From the NCBI RefSeq assembly GCF_009914755.1, contig NC_060947.1: a DNA stretch of 64,000 nt; one strand, 5' to 3'. Position numbers and translations under genes: made by a program. This DNA comes from the human T2T-CHM13v2.0 reference genome, Homo sapiens. The notes below the pieces were generated by a model, which was not told the DNA's origin, did no database searches, and saw only the letters and a program-made list of their open reading frames with translations. Of this stretch, positions 15,110 through 27,769 are shown piece after piece; positions within the stretch are counted from its first letter, which is position 1, and every line of letters begins with the position of its first letter.

Positions 15110-15308
15110 CAAAGGTCAGCAAACTCTTTCTATAAAGGGCTAAATAGTATATATTTTAGTCTTTGCTGCTACTACTTACCATTATAGCATGAAAGTAGCC
15201 ATAAATAATTCCTAAACAAATGAGCATGGCTGTATTTTAATACCATTTTATTTACAAAAGCAAGTGGTGGGTCAGATTTGGCCCATGGATCACAGTTTAC
15301 TGACCCTG
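15110..15308 (+). mobile_element. MER58A-like hAT-Charlie DNA transposon
   Basis: Terminal inverted repeats ggtcagcaaact ... agtttactgaccctg; internal taaagggctaaatagtatatattttag. Confidence 0.8.
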
Positions 15309-16159
15309 AGTCTTGGGAATCACCCTTGGATTTTCTGCAAAATCTTTACCAGGTAGTCAATCAAATATAAGTTTAAATATCGCAAAGATGAAGAGCTCAT
15401 TTTCTCCAAAGCAAGACCATTATACATTAGGACAGCACTGAATATTACCTATGAAAGCAACTTTGACACAGAGACACTAAAAAGTTCCAGCAACAGGTAA
15501 CGTTTGTAAAATCTGTGACTTTTCTTCTTTTTTAAAAAACCAAAACCTATAATTAAATATAGATTTAATTTTAAAAATTGAGTACCTATGATTTTCAAAG
15601 CCAACATAACATTGGAAGATAGAACTTCATTTTATTAATTGAATAGCCTGGACTTTAAGGCAGTATATCTCATCTTAATACTTTCCCTCATATTTAGTAT
15701 ATATTAGAAAAATGGCTGACACTGTGTCAACCACTAGTGTTGAGAAGCAAGCTGGCAATATAGCTCAAATTAAAGGACAAATATACATTAATATGGTGTT
15801 CAGAGAGTAGTAAGTACAGAAAAGACACACAAAGAGTGGCCCCTCTCCATATATATGTTGCATGGAGACAGAAACTCTATGATGGATACTGTATGCTCCG
15901 CACATGTTTCTACCTTAATGGGCACTGACTATGGATGAAACAAAGCAAGCTGGGCACTCTACAATAGAAAGAAAACATACAAGAATAATACCTATCCTCA
16001 AATACAATTTGGAACAAGAAGTGGCCATAGAAGAAAAAATGGATCTAGGGAAAAAATATAGGTAAAATACAGACCGTTATGGAGACCAATGTCAAGTGGT
16101 TTGCAATCTTATGGATGAAAGTCAGCCTGATTAAAAAAAAAAAAAAAAGATAAAATTGG

Positions 16160-19100
16160 GGAATCATTCCAGGCCCCGTGACTTCCGGTGAAGGGGTGAG
16201 TTGAGCAGGCGAGGAACAACTCACTCTTGCCATGTACTTCAATCATTCTGGCAGCAGGATACCCCACAACTCCCACGGACACTTTAACTGTCAGGGAGAG
16301 CTGCTTAGAGAGGTGGTAGGGACAGGATTCCAGCCGGTGTGGAGCCCAGAGGGTTTGGTACAGGAATGTCTGCAGGGGAGCATGGCCAGAGATGCCCATT
16401 CCCTAAGGTTCACCATGCTCCCTGAGGAGATGCCAGCCTTAGGGCAACTGTCAGAACTGAACAAAGAGGGGCCAGTCTTGCCCATGAGATAGGTCCAGTC
16501 TGACCTGAGTGCACTTTTGTCTGCTGGCCTCTTCTGGGGTCCTAGCTTCGCTTTGCCTGCTTGCAGTACAGTCTTGAATGCACAACCTGGGTGCCTCCTG
16601 GGGGCTCAAATCATAGCTTCTGCACTGTCAGACTGCACCTGACTGTCATCGGAGAACTGCGGGAGAGCAGTTCCCACTGACATGCATCAGCCCACCCGAA
16701 AACTCCCCCTAACACAGCCTTCCCCGTGCCACCTGGCTGGCATGCACTCACCCATGGCCATCCCCCCATTACTTTGCCAGCATGCATGTGTTCAGACAGA
16801 CCTCGACTCGCCTTCAGTACTGGTGAATGGCTGTACATGCATCCCACCATGCCATTGTTACCAGCATGAATGCATCAACTGCCCCACCTGATGCCCTATG
16901 GCTGCGCTACCATTGAGGGCAGAAACATGCTTGGGGACACCAGCAGCCCCATACCCTTCACGACGCCACCACTGCTGCCAGCGTGAATCCAAAGGATGTA
17001 TTCATCCAGCAGGACACATGAATACAAGTGGACTTGTGCCCCAACACCCTTCCAGCCCGGCACTGAGTCTACTGTTTCCAATGCCCAAATGGAGGCCAAT
17101 AGCCCCAAGCTTGCCAGCGCCTTGCTCCAGCTGACGAGTGTGCACCCTGCTGTGCTGCTGCTTCTGCTGCCACATGTGAATGGGCACGGATCCTGCTGCC
17201 ACTGCCCAATGAAGCACTTTGGCACCATTCTTCAGAGTGTTGTGGCCAGTAGTCTAGGAACACATTGTCCCTTCCAGCACAACAGATTCCCAACCTCAAG
17301 AGGCCAGAGAACAAAGCCAGGGCCAATACCAGCCCCGTAGTGTTAGAGCACAGAGCCCAGGAGTGTTGAGCTGAGCCTTGGTACCCCCAGAAATCTAATG
17401 GAAATGAAGTCAACCAACTGACCCCATCTTATACCACAGTCAAACTCCCAAGGACATCAAAGAAGATATTAAAAGCAAAGCAAATGAACAAAAAACAACA
17501 ACAACAATAAACAAAAGAAAAAGCAACTTCAATGACTGAAGGAACATCAACCCACACAGATGAGAAAAAAACAGTGCAAGTACTCTGGCAACTCAAAAAC
17601 CCAAAGTGTCTTCTGTCCTCCAAACCGCCACACTAGTTCCCCACCAATGTTTCTTAATGAGGCTGAAATGGTTGAAATGACAGAAATAGAATTCAAAATA
17701 TGGATAGGAACAAAGATAATCAACATTCAGGAAAAAGTTGAAGGACAATCCATAGATTCTAAGGAATACAATAAAATGATAAAGGAGATGAAATGCAAAA
17801 TGGCCATTTTAAAAAAGAACCAAACTGAGCTAATAGAGCTGAAAAGCTCACTTCAATAATTTCAGAATACATTTATAAGTATTCATACCAGAATCAACCA
17901 AGCTGAGGAAAGAAACTCAGAGCTCGAAGACCAGCTTTCCAAAATAGCTCAGACAAAAATGATGAAAAACAAACAGAAAAGAATGAACAAAACGTCTGAG
18001 AAATATAGGATTATGTAAAAACACAAAATATCTGACTCATTGGTGTCCCTGAAAGATTGGAAGAGCAACTTGGAAAATATATTTCAGGACATCATCCATG
18101 AAAAATTTCCAAACCTCACTAGAGAGGACAACATTCATATTCAAGAAATTCAGAGAAATCCTGCAAAATACTACACAAGAATACCATACCCAAGACACAT
18201 AATCATTAAATACGTCAAGGTAAAAATGAAAGAAAAAATGTTAAAGGCAACTAGAGAAAAGTGGCAGCTCACCTACAAAGGGAACCTTATCAAGATAACA
18301 GTAGACTTTTCAACAGAAATCCTACAAGCAAGAAAAGAATGGAGGTCAATATTTAGCATTTTTAAAGTAAAGAATTTCCAGTCAAGAATTTCATATCTAG
18401 CCAAACTAACCTTCATAAGCAAAAGAGAAATAAGATTGTTTTCAGAAATGCAAACACTGAGGGAACTCATTACCAGACCTGCCTTATAAGAGGTCCTGAA
18501 AGGAATGCTGAACATGGAAAGAAAAGACCATTACTGGCCACTACAAAAACCCAAACAAGTACATAGACCAACGACACTATAAAGCAACCACACAAACAAG
18601 TCTACCTGATAACCAGCTAACAACACGATGACGTGAACAAATCTGCCATATCAAACTTAACCTTGAATGTAAATGGCCCACATGCACCAATTAGAAGGTA
18701 CAGAGTGGCAAGTTGGATAAAGGAGCAAGACCCACATTTTGCCACTTCAGGAGACCTATCTCACATGCAATGACACACATTGGCTCAAAGCAAAGGAATG
18801 GAGAAAAATCTACCAAGCAAATTAAAAACAGAAAAAAGCAGGGGTTGCAATCCTAGTTTCTAACAAAACAGGACTGCAAACCAAAAAAGATAAAAAAAGA
18901 AAAAGAGTGTCACATAATGGTAAAGGGATCAATTCAACAAGAAGACATATATATCCTAAATATATACACACCCAACACAGGGACACCCATATTCATAAAG
19001 TAAGTTCTTAGACACCTGTGAAATAACTTAGATAACCACACACTAATAGTGGGAGACTTCAACATCACACTGACAGTATTAGACAGACTATCAAAACAGA

Positions 19101-21386
19101 AAACTAACAAAGATATTCAGGATCTGAACTGGAAACTTAACCAAATGGACTTGATAGACATGCAGAGAACACTCCACCCTAAAACAACAGAGTGTACATT
19201 CTCATCACCACATGGCACATACTCTAAAATTGACAACACAATTGGACATAAAGCAATCCTCAGCAAGTGTGAAAAAAATAATAATACCAACCACGCTCTT
19301 GGACCACAGCATAATAAAAATAGAAATAAATACTAGGAAAATAACTCAAAATTATAGCATTACATGGAAATAAATGTTCCTGAATGATTTCTGGATAAAT
19401 AATGAAATTACAGCAAAAATCAAGAAATTATTTGAAACTAATGAGAACAAAGATACAACATACCAGAATCTCTGGGACACAGTTAAAGCAGTGTTAAGAG
19501 GGAAATGTATAGCACTAAATGCCCACGTCAAAAAGTTAGAAAGATCTCAAAGCAGCAACTTAACATCATAACTAGAAGAACTAGAGAAACAAAAGCAAAC
19601 CATACCCAAAGCTAGCAGAGGACAAGATATAACCAAAATCAAATCTGAACTGAAAGGAATTGAGATGGACAAAACCATAAAAAAATGAGAAAAATTTAGA
19701 AGTTGATTTTCTGAAAAAATAAATAAATAAGATAGACTGCTAGCTAAATCAAGAAAGAAATAGAAGAGCCAAATAAACACAATGAGAAATGACAAAGAAC
19801 ATGTTATCACTGACCCCACAGAAATGCAAATAAACATCAGAGCCTACCATGAACACCTCTATGCACACAAGCTAGAAAATCTAGACAAAATGGATAAATT
19901 CCTGGAGATATACCACCTCCCAAGATTGAACCAGGAAGAAATTGAATTGCTTAACAGACCCATAATTCATTTTGAAATTGAATCAGTAATGAAAAGCTTT
20001 TCAACCAGAAAAAGCCCAAGACCAGATGGATTCACAATCAAATTCTTTTTTTTCTTTTTTTTTCTTTTTTGAAACAGAGTCTCATTCTGTCAAACAGGCT
20101 GGAGAGCAATGGTGTGATCTCGGCTCACTGCAACTTCTACCTCCAGGGTTTAAGCAATTCTCATGATTCCGCCTCCTGAGTAGTTGGGATTACAAGCATG
20201 TGCTACCAAGCCCATCTAAGTTTTTGTATTTTCAGTAGAGACAGAGTTTCGCTATGTTGGTCAGGCTGGTGTCAAACTCCTATACTCAAGTGATCCACCC
20301 GCCTCTGCCTCCCACAGTGCTGGGATTACAGGCGTGAGCCGCCATGCCTGGTCTCACAGCCAAATGCTACAAAATGTATTAGGAAGAGTTGGCACTCTTC
20401 CTACTAAAACTATTCCAAAAAATTGAGGAGAAGGTACCTCTCTAACTCATTTTATGAAGCCAGCATCATCCTGATACCAAAACCTGGTAGAGATACAATA
20501 GAAAAAGAAGTCTTCAGGCCAATATCCTTGATGAACATTGATGTAAAAATCATCTACAAAATACCAGCAAACTGAATCCAGCAGCACATAAAAAGCCTAA
20601 TCTACCATGATCAAGTAGGCTTTGTTCCTGGGATGCAAGGTTGGTTTAACATACGGAAATCAATAAATATGATTCATCACATAAACAAAAATAAAAATTT
20701 AAAACCATATGATTATCTCAATGGATGGAGAAATGGCTTTCAATAAAATTCAGCATTCCTTCATGTTAAAATTTCTCAACAAAATAAGCATTGAAGGAAC
20801 ATACTTCAAAATAATAAGAGCCATCTATGACAAACACACAGCCAACATAATATTGAATTGGCAAATTTAATATGCTGGAAGCACTCCCCTTGAAAACTGG
20901 CATAAGACATGAATGACCTTTCTCATCATTGCTATTCAACCTAGTAATGGAAGTCTTAGAGCAATAAGGCAAGAGAAAGAAAGAAAAAGCATCCAAACAG
21001 GAAGACAGTAAGTAAAACTATTCATGTTTGCAGGTGATATGTTTCTATACCTAGAAAACCTGGTGGTCTCTGCCCAAAAGCTTCGTGATGTAATAAACAA
21101 TTTCAACAATGTTTCAGGATACAAAATAAATGTACCAAAAATCAGTAGCATTCCTATACACCAACAAAATTCAAGCTGAAAGCCAAATCAGGAATGCAAT
21201 CCCATTCATAGTAGCCACAAAAAGAATAAAATACCTAGGAGTACAGCTAACCAGGGAGGTGAAAGATCTGTACAATGAGAATTACAAAACATTGCTCAAA
21301 GAAATCAGAGATGACACAAAAAAATGGGGAAAAATTCCATGTTCATAAATAGGAAGACACCATATTGTTAAAATGTCCAACCTACC
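16160..21386 (+). mobile_element. LINE-1 (about L1PA13-16): partial 5'UTR, decayed ORF1 and ORF2; ends abruptly at the THE1 LTR
   Basis: ORF1 pieces at 17560-17859 and 18040-18489 (NLENIFQDIIHEKFPNL...). ORF2 pieces 19049-21348 ([28 protein letters not shown]). Stops at the NIVKM..LP-coding position. Confidence 0.92.
20046..20353 (-). mobile_element. Alu (older AluS/AluJ-type) inserted in L1 ORF2
   Basis: Full antisense Alu; diverged TSD tcacaatcaaattc (20032-20045) / tcacagccaaatgc (20354-20367). Confidence 0.93.
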
Positions 21387-23627
21387 TGATATGGTTTGGC
21401 TGTATCCCAACCCAAATCTTGTCTTGAATTGTAACTCCCACAATTCCCACGTGTTGTGGAAGGAACCCAGTGGGAGGTGATTGAATTATGGGGTCAGGTC
21501 TTTCCGCGCTGTTCTCATGATAGGGAATGAGTGTCACAAGGACTGATGATTTTAAAAACTGGAGTTGCCCTGCACAAGTTCTCTCTCTGCCTGCTGCCAC
21601 CCATGTAAGATGTGACTTGCTCCTCCTTGCCTCCTGCCATGGCTGTGAGGCCTCCCCAGCCATGTGGCACTGTAAGTCCATTAAATCTCTTTTTCTTCCC
21701 AGTCTCAGGTATGTCTTCATCAGCAGTGTGAAAATAGACTAATGCAGTAAATTGGTACTGGTAGAGTGGAGCATTGCTGAAAAGATACCCAAAAATGTGG
21801 AAGTGACTTTCGAATTGGGTAACAGGCAGGGGTTTGAACAGTTTGAAGGGCTCAGAAGAAGACAGGACAATGTGGGAAAGTTTGGAACTTCCTAGAGACT
21901 TGTTGAATGGCTTTGACAAAAAAGCTAATAGTGATATGAACAATAAGGTCCAGGCTGAAGTGGTCTCAGATGGAGATGAGGAGCTACTTGAGAACTGGAG
22001 CAAAGGTCACTTTTGCTATGCTTTAGCAAAGAGACTGGCAGCATTTTGTCCCTGCCCTAGAGATCTGACGGACTTTGAACTTGAGAGAGACAGTTTGGAA
22101 TTGGAACTTATGTTGAAAAGGGAAGCAGGGCATAAAAGTTTGGAAAATTTGCAGGCTGATGATGCAATAGAAAAGAAAAACCCATTTTCTAAGGAGAATT
22201 CAAGCAGGCTGCAGAAATTTGCATAAGTAACAAGAAGCCAAATGTTAATTGCCAAGACAATGGGGAAAATGTCTCCAGGGCATGTCACAGATCTCCATCA
22301 GCCCCTCCCATCATAGGCCTGAAGGTCTAGGAGAAAAAAATGGTTTCCTGGGCTGGGCCCAGGGCCTTGCTGCTTTGTATAGTCTTAGGACTTGGTGCTG
22401 TGCATCCCAGCCGTGGCTAAAAGGGGCCAAAGTATACCTCAGGCCATTGCTTTGGAAGGTACAAGCCACAAGTCTTGGCAGCCTACATGTAATATTGGGC
22501 CTGCAGATGCACATAAGTCAAGACTTGAGGTTTGGGAACCTCCACCTAGATTTCAGAGAATGTATGAATATGCCTGGATTTTCAGGCAGAAGTCTGCTCC
22601 AGGGTAGAGCCCTCATGGAGAACCTCTGCTAGGGCAGTGTAGAAGGGAAATGTGGGGTCAGAGCCTCCACACAGAGTCCTCACTGAGGTACTGTCTGCTG
22701 GAGCTGTGAGAAGAGGGCCACCACCATCCAGATCCCAGAATGGTAGATCCACTAACAGCTTGCACTATGCACCTAGAAAAGCTGCAGACACTCAACACCA
22801 ATTGTGAAGGCAGCCTGTAGGGATGATATACCCTGCAAACACACAGTGGTGGAACTTCCCAAGGCTGTGGAAACCCACCTCTTGCATCAGCATGACCTGG
22901 ATGTGAGACATGGAGTGAAAGGAGATGATTTTGGAACTTCAAGGTTTAATGACTGCCCTATTAGATTTCAGACTTGCATGAGACCTGTAGCCCCTTTGTT
23001 TTGGCCATTTTCCCCCAATTGGAATGAGGGTATTTACCCAATGCCTCTACCTCATTGTATCCAGGAAGCAACTAACTTGCTATTGATTTTATAGGCTCCT
23101 AGGTGGAAGGGACTTGCCTTGTCTCAGATGAGACTTTGGACTTAGACTTTTGGGTTATGGCTGGAATGACTTAAAACTTTAGGGGACTGTTGAGAAGTCA
23201 TGATTGTGTTTTAAAATGTGAGGACATGAGATTTGGAAGGGGCCGGGGTGAAATTATATGGTTTGACTGTGTTCTCACCCAAATCTCATGTTGAATTGTA
23301 GTTCTCATAATCCCCACGTCATGGGAGGGAACCAGTGGGAGGTAATTGAATCATGAGAGCAATTACCCCTATGCTGCTTTTCTTGTGATAGTGAGTGAGT
23401 CCTCTCAAGATCTGATGGTTTTATAAGGGGCTTTTCCCCCATTTGCTTGGCACTTCTTGCTGCTGCCATGTGAAGGAGGACATGTTTACTTCCCCTTCTG
23501 CCATGATTGTAAGTTTCCTGAGGCCTGGCCAGCCATGCTGAACTGGGACTCAATTAAACCTCTTTCCTTTATAAATTATTCAGTCTCTAGTATGTCTTTC
23601 TTAGCAGTGTGAGAACGGACTAATACA
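21387..23627 (+). mobile_element. THE1 MaLR provirus-like element: THE1B-type 5' LTR (21387-21746), internal region (21747-23253), THE1C/D-type 3' LTR (23254-23627)
   Basis: The LTRs start tgatatggtttggctg / ttatatggtttgactg and end gactaatgca / gactaataca. The internal region encodes the MaLR peptide SEEDRTMWESLELPRDLLNGFD. A purine tract precedes the 3' LTR. Confidence 0.93.
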
Positions 23628-23848
23628 CATGCATATAGTGTGTAGTGGTGAAGTCTGTGCTTTTAGTGTAACTATCACCTGAATTGTGTACATTGTACCC
23701 ATTAACTAATTTTTTATCCCATGACCCACTCCAAACTTCATACCGTCTCATTCTCTCACCCTTCTGAGTCTCCAAGTTCTATTATTGCACTCTCTGTGAC
23801 CATGTGTACAAGTTATTTATCTCCCACTTATAAGTGAGAACATGCAGT
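23628..23848 (-). mobile_element. L1PB/L1MA-type 3'UTR fragment
   Basis: tgtagtggtgaagtctg...ctcccacttataagtgagaacatgcag is antisense L1 ORF2 end and 3'UTR. Confidence 0.85.
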
Positions 23849-24289
23849 GAATTCTACTATTTGTTGTCAGGACTTTGCCAGGTGGATTAAAAATACATTA
23901 TTCTACTTAAAATTCAGCAAAATCCCTAAAATTATTACTATTAATTTTACCCATTTAACATATAAAAAATCTGAGTATTTGAGAGGATAAGAAATGTTAC
24001 ATAGTCCATTTTATTTAATAATCCATACTTTTAAGTCTAAGATAATAAGTAACGGTGACACAAGAATCAAGAATTACTACATGGCTCCATGTTATAAGAA
24101 AGGGGAGGTCCTTGAAATTGAACTTTAGTCCAGAAAGAAGCTCCAAGAAACTTTAATACCATGAAGGACTGTTTCTTCTATCTTGTTTAGTCAGAGAGGT
24201 TAATACATAGTCAAATAAGCCATAGCTATAAGGACCACTGCAGACCTCACTGAGGGTTGGCACTGAGGACTGCATTGTGAACATCCCGG

Positions 24290-24745
24290 CTTTAGAGGTA
24301 ACCTGACTCAATTTCCAGTCCCAGCTCTAGCCCTTACTAAACCAGGTGACCTTCTTAGGGTGCTTAACATCTCTGAGCTATAAAGTGGGGAAAATATGAA
24401 CATCTGTAGTTCTCTAAGACTGTGTCCCCATCTACAAAAAGCAGTATATAATATTTATTTCTGAGTTTGTTGTAAGGATTGAAATAATGTATAAAAAGAG
24501 CCTAGTAGCTGGGTGCAGTGGTTCACGCCTGTAATCCCAGCACTTTGAGAGGCCAAGGCGGGTGGATCACTTGAGGTTAGGAGTTCGAGAACAGCCTGGC
24601 CGACATGCTTGAACCCAGGAGGCAGAGGTTGCAGTGAGTCAAGATCACACCACTGCACTCCAGCTTGGGCAAGAGACAGACTCCATCTCAAAAAATAAAA
24701 AATAAAAATAGCCTAGTAATGTTAGACATATAATGAATACTCAAA
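24290..24745 (+). mobile_element. MIR interrupted by an Alu
   Basis: tcccagctctagcccttact...gttgtaaggattgaaataatgtataaaa, resuming after the Alu. Confidence 0.65.
24507..24703 (+). mobile_element. Alu with ~95-100 bp internal deletion
   Basis: Left-arm ...ccgacatg joins directly to right-arm cttgaaccc. TSD aaaaagagcctagt (24493-24506) / aaaaatagcctagt (24704-24717). Confidence 0.92.
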
Positions 24746-24914
24746 AAAGAAATGCTACAGTTAATCTTTTTTGGTCTTCATATGTTGAAATTCCACATAA
24801 AGCATTCAGACCTTTAGTCTAAATTCCCTATATTAACTGGCAAAAAAAGTATTTCAAGGACATGGTAGTACATCTGCAAATGAACAAAAGCAGACTGGTT
24901 TCTTTTTTAATCTA

Positions 24915-25158
24915 CATTTTACTTTATTTTTTGTTTTTATTTATTTTTCTGCATACATAGTAGGTGTATATATTTTGGGAGTACATAAAATGTTTTGATA
25001 AAGGCATGAAATGTGAAATAAGCACATCATGGAGAAGGGGATATCCATCCCCTCAAGCATTTATCCTTTGAGTTACAAATAATCCAATTACACTCTAAGT
25101 TATTTCAAAATGTACAATTAAGTTTTTATTGACTATAGTCACCCTATTGGGTTATCTA
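24915..25158 (-). mobile_element. L1MA-type 3' end fragment
   Basis: tacatagtaggtgtatatatt...catcccctcaagcatttatcctttg...gactatagtcaccct. Confidence 0.85.
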
Positions 25159-25163
25159 TATTG

Positions 25164-25292
25164 TCCATCCATGCATCCATCCATCCATCTGTCCATCCAT
25201 CTATTCATCCATCCATCTGTCCATCCATCTATTCATCCATCCTGCCATCCATCCATCCATCCATCCATCCATCCATCCATCCATCCATCCAT
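25164..25292. repeat. (TCCA)n microsatellite, probably expanded from an L2 tail
   Basis: Imperfect tcca repeats directly adjoining antisense L2 sequence. Confidence 0.92.
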
Positions 25293-26240
25293 TTATCGAC
25301 TCCTTTAAAAGATATTCACAAGGCATCCATTATGTACCAGGTGGTAGGTATCCTGTGCATTGGGAATGCAGCAGTAAACAAATAGACCTTGTTCCTGCCT
25401 GCAAGAACTTAAAATCTGCTTGAAGAACTAAAGAACTAGACCCCAAATGAGTAAACTCTGAAAAATTTACAATAATAGTGGAAAGTATTAACATAAAGTA
25501 AAATTGCATGGATATAATCGATAATATTATAGACAGTTTTTTCCTTCATAGAGACAATGGTCTAGCGAGAATACGTAAATTTAAAAAGCAGTTATAATAC
25601 CTTGTCATAAATGCTATGATAGGAGATGGATAAAACACTCTCGGCAGAGGATAGCAGAAACTTCCCTAAGCTGTAGAAAAGTTGGAGATCAGGCAGGAAA
25701 TCTTCTCACAATGATATTTAACCATAACCAGTTGGAGAAGAGTTAGAGAAATACTCTAGGTACAGGAAAATATGTGTGCAAAGGCTGCAAGGCCAGAGGA
25801 CCTGGTGCATTTAAGGAACTAAACAAAGTTTGATACAAACAGAATTTAAAAATAACTGAAGAAATAGATGAAGCTGTGGAAAGGATATGAAGATCCTGGT
25901 GAGAAAGTAGTTGAACTGAGAATCCATAGACTTTCCATAGAATTTGAGTTGAATACATATCACCCAGTGGGCTGAAACCAGGTAAAATTTTATTACATGC
26001 TCAAATGAAGACAAAGGGCAAGTATAGTAAGAGCAGTTGAGTGAGAGAATGCAAGAATAAGATGTTTTAGTCAGAGAATGAAATGACAGAATTTATATCA
26101 GAGGTTGATAAGTTATGGGTGAAAAAAAATCAGAGTGAGGCAATAGGCGTGGGGGATTAAGATGGAGGGGAAGGACCACAGATTACTGAGGATGAAGAGA
26201 TAGACCAAGGGGCATATGAACAATGAAGTAATCTAGGACT
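25293..26240 (-). mobile_element. Fragmented L2
   Basis: tatgtaccagg...tgggaatgcagcagtaaacaaatagacc and later gtgcaaaggctgcaagg motifs. Confidence 0.6.
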
Positions 26241-26328
26241 ATGATTAAACTAGGGACTCTTAGCTGGCGACAAGCTTTCAATGAACAGGGGAAAGTTATT
26301 AAAAGCTCATGGGTAACTGATTCAAATT

Positions 26329-26529
26329 GTGCTGTCCAATACTGCAACTGCCCACCATATGTGGCTACTGAGCACTTAAAATGTTTTAAGTACACCATGG
26401 TAAATACAATGTTATTTTTTAAATGAATTTTGGCTTTCTTTTTACTTGTTTAATGTGGCTACCAGAAAATTTAAAATTAGATGCGCAGTTTGCATGTCGG
26501 TTCAGATTATATTTCTAATGGACAGTGCT
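26329..26529. mobile_element. MER3-like hAT-Charlie element
   Basis: Inverted ends gtgctgtccaat / atggacagtgc; internal atgtggctactgagcactt. Confidence 0.8.
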
Positions 26530-27329
26530 TGATAATAGAAAGAAACAGAGAGTGTTTTAGCTCAATAAAATGATGCATGAGGAGCCAGAAATATTTTATA
26601 TATTATATAGCAATAATTGTTGATGGAATTATCTAAATATTTTGTTTTCATGTGCTTTTATTACATCATAAAGGTGTGTAGAAAATAAAGCTGCCAATAC
26701 TAGTGTTAATACAATCGTGGCTAAATCGACGTAATTATCTACACCAAAATATATTTGTCCCTTAACTTGAATTGGATTACCACTGACCAATACATCATAC
26801 TTGAACAAAGAGATGATTTCTTGCTACTAAATAAACAAGTTCATAGGCAGTTCCTGGAAGACCCCAAAATTTTCTGTTGCTCTGATCCTCATTGCTTTGC
26901 CCTTGGTATTGACGAGTAAGCCGATTGGCTTTTCTTTATTTGGGTGATAAGATCTGTGTCAATAATTGAGTTTATGGAGAGTAGACCAATCCAGCTGAGT
27001 AATTTGGATAAGAAAGTTCTTCTTGCAGTTTAATTTTCTAAAATTTTACACTGGGGGAAGGTAGAGCAATGTAGTCAGAGCCTATAAGACAATTGTATTT
27101 TTCCTTTTATTTTTACTCTAAAAGTCTTCTCATTCCATCATTTCCAAGATGAAGTAAAAGAACAAAAGAGCAAAGATGAGAAGCTAGAAACAGATCATTT
27201 AAAACAGTGTATAGACACAAAGAGTGATATTGTTGGAAGTTAAAACATCTATTGTTTGAAGAATCAAAGTAACTAAATAAAACTCAGCCATCCAAATGCA
27301 ATGAAGTTCATAAATCCATAGAGCTTTGA

Positions 27330-27600
27330 TAGTCTGCCATAACTTCACTAAATGAAAGTCTCTGGGATTGGGGTCAGTGAATCTGCATTTTCAACAAACA
27401 CCTCAGGTGATTCTTAGGCACACTAACATATGAGAACCGCTTAGTCTAAATTGTCCATTCTACTAATAAAAAACTTAAGATACAGAAAATTTCAGTGACT
27501 TACTTAAGGTTACACAATAAGCAAGTAGCAGAACCGTGGCTCATACCCAGGTCTTCTATTTCCTACGTTAGGGATATGCTGAATAACACCACGCTGCCTT
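27330..27600. mobile_element. MER5A fragment followed by an antisense MIR
   Basis: gaatctgcattttcaacaaacacctcaggtgattctt...gagaacc, then gtgacttacttaaggttacacaataagcaagtagcagaacc. Confidence 0.7.
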
Positions 27601-27769
27601 GCTCACATTATTTTGGTTACTGATCTCTATTAATGGAGTCCATATCTCCTATAATATTTTTGATGGTCTTTTTGAGCTGCTTCTTCATGTTGAGCTAGAA
27701 ATGTACCAACAAATCATAAACATTCTGAGTTGAAAGTTACCATAGAAACAGAAATAAATTCTTATAAAC

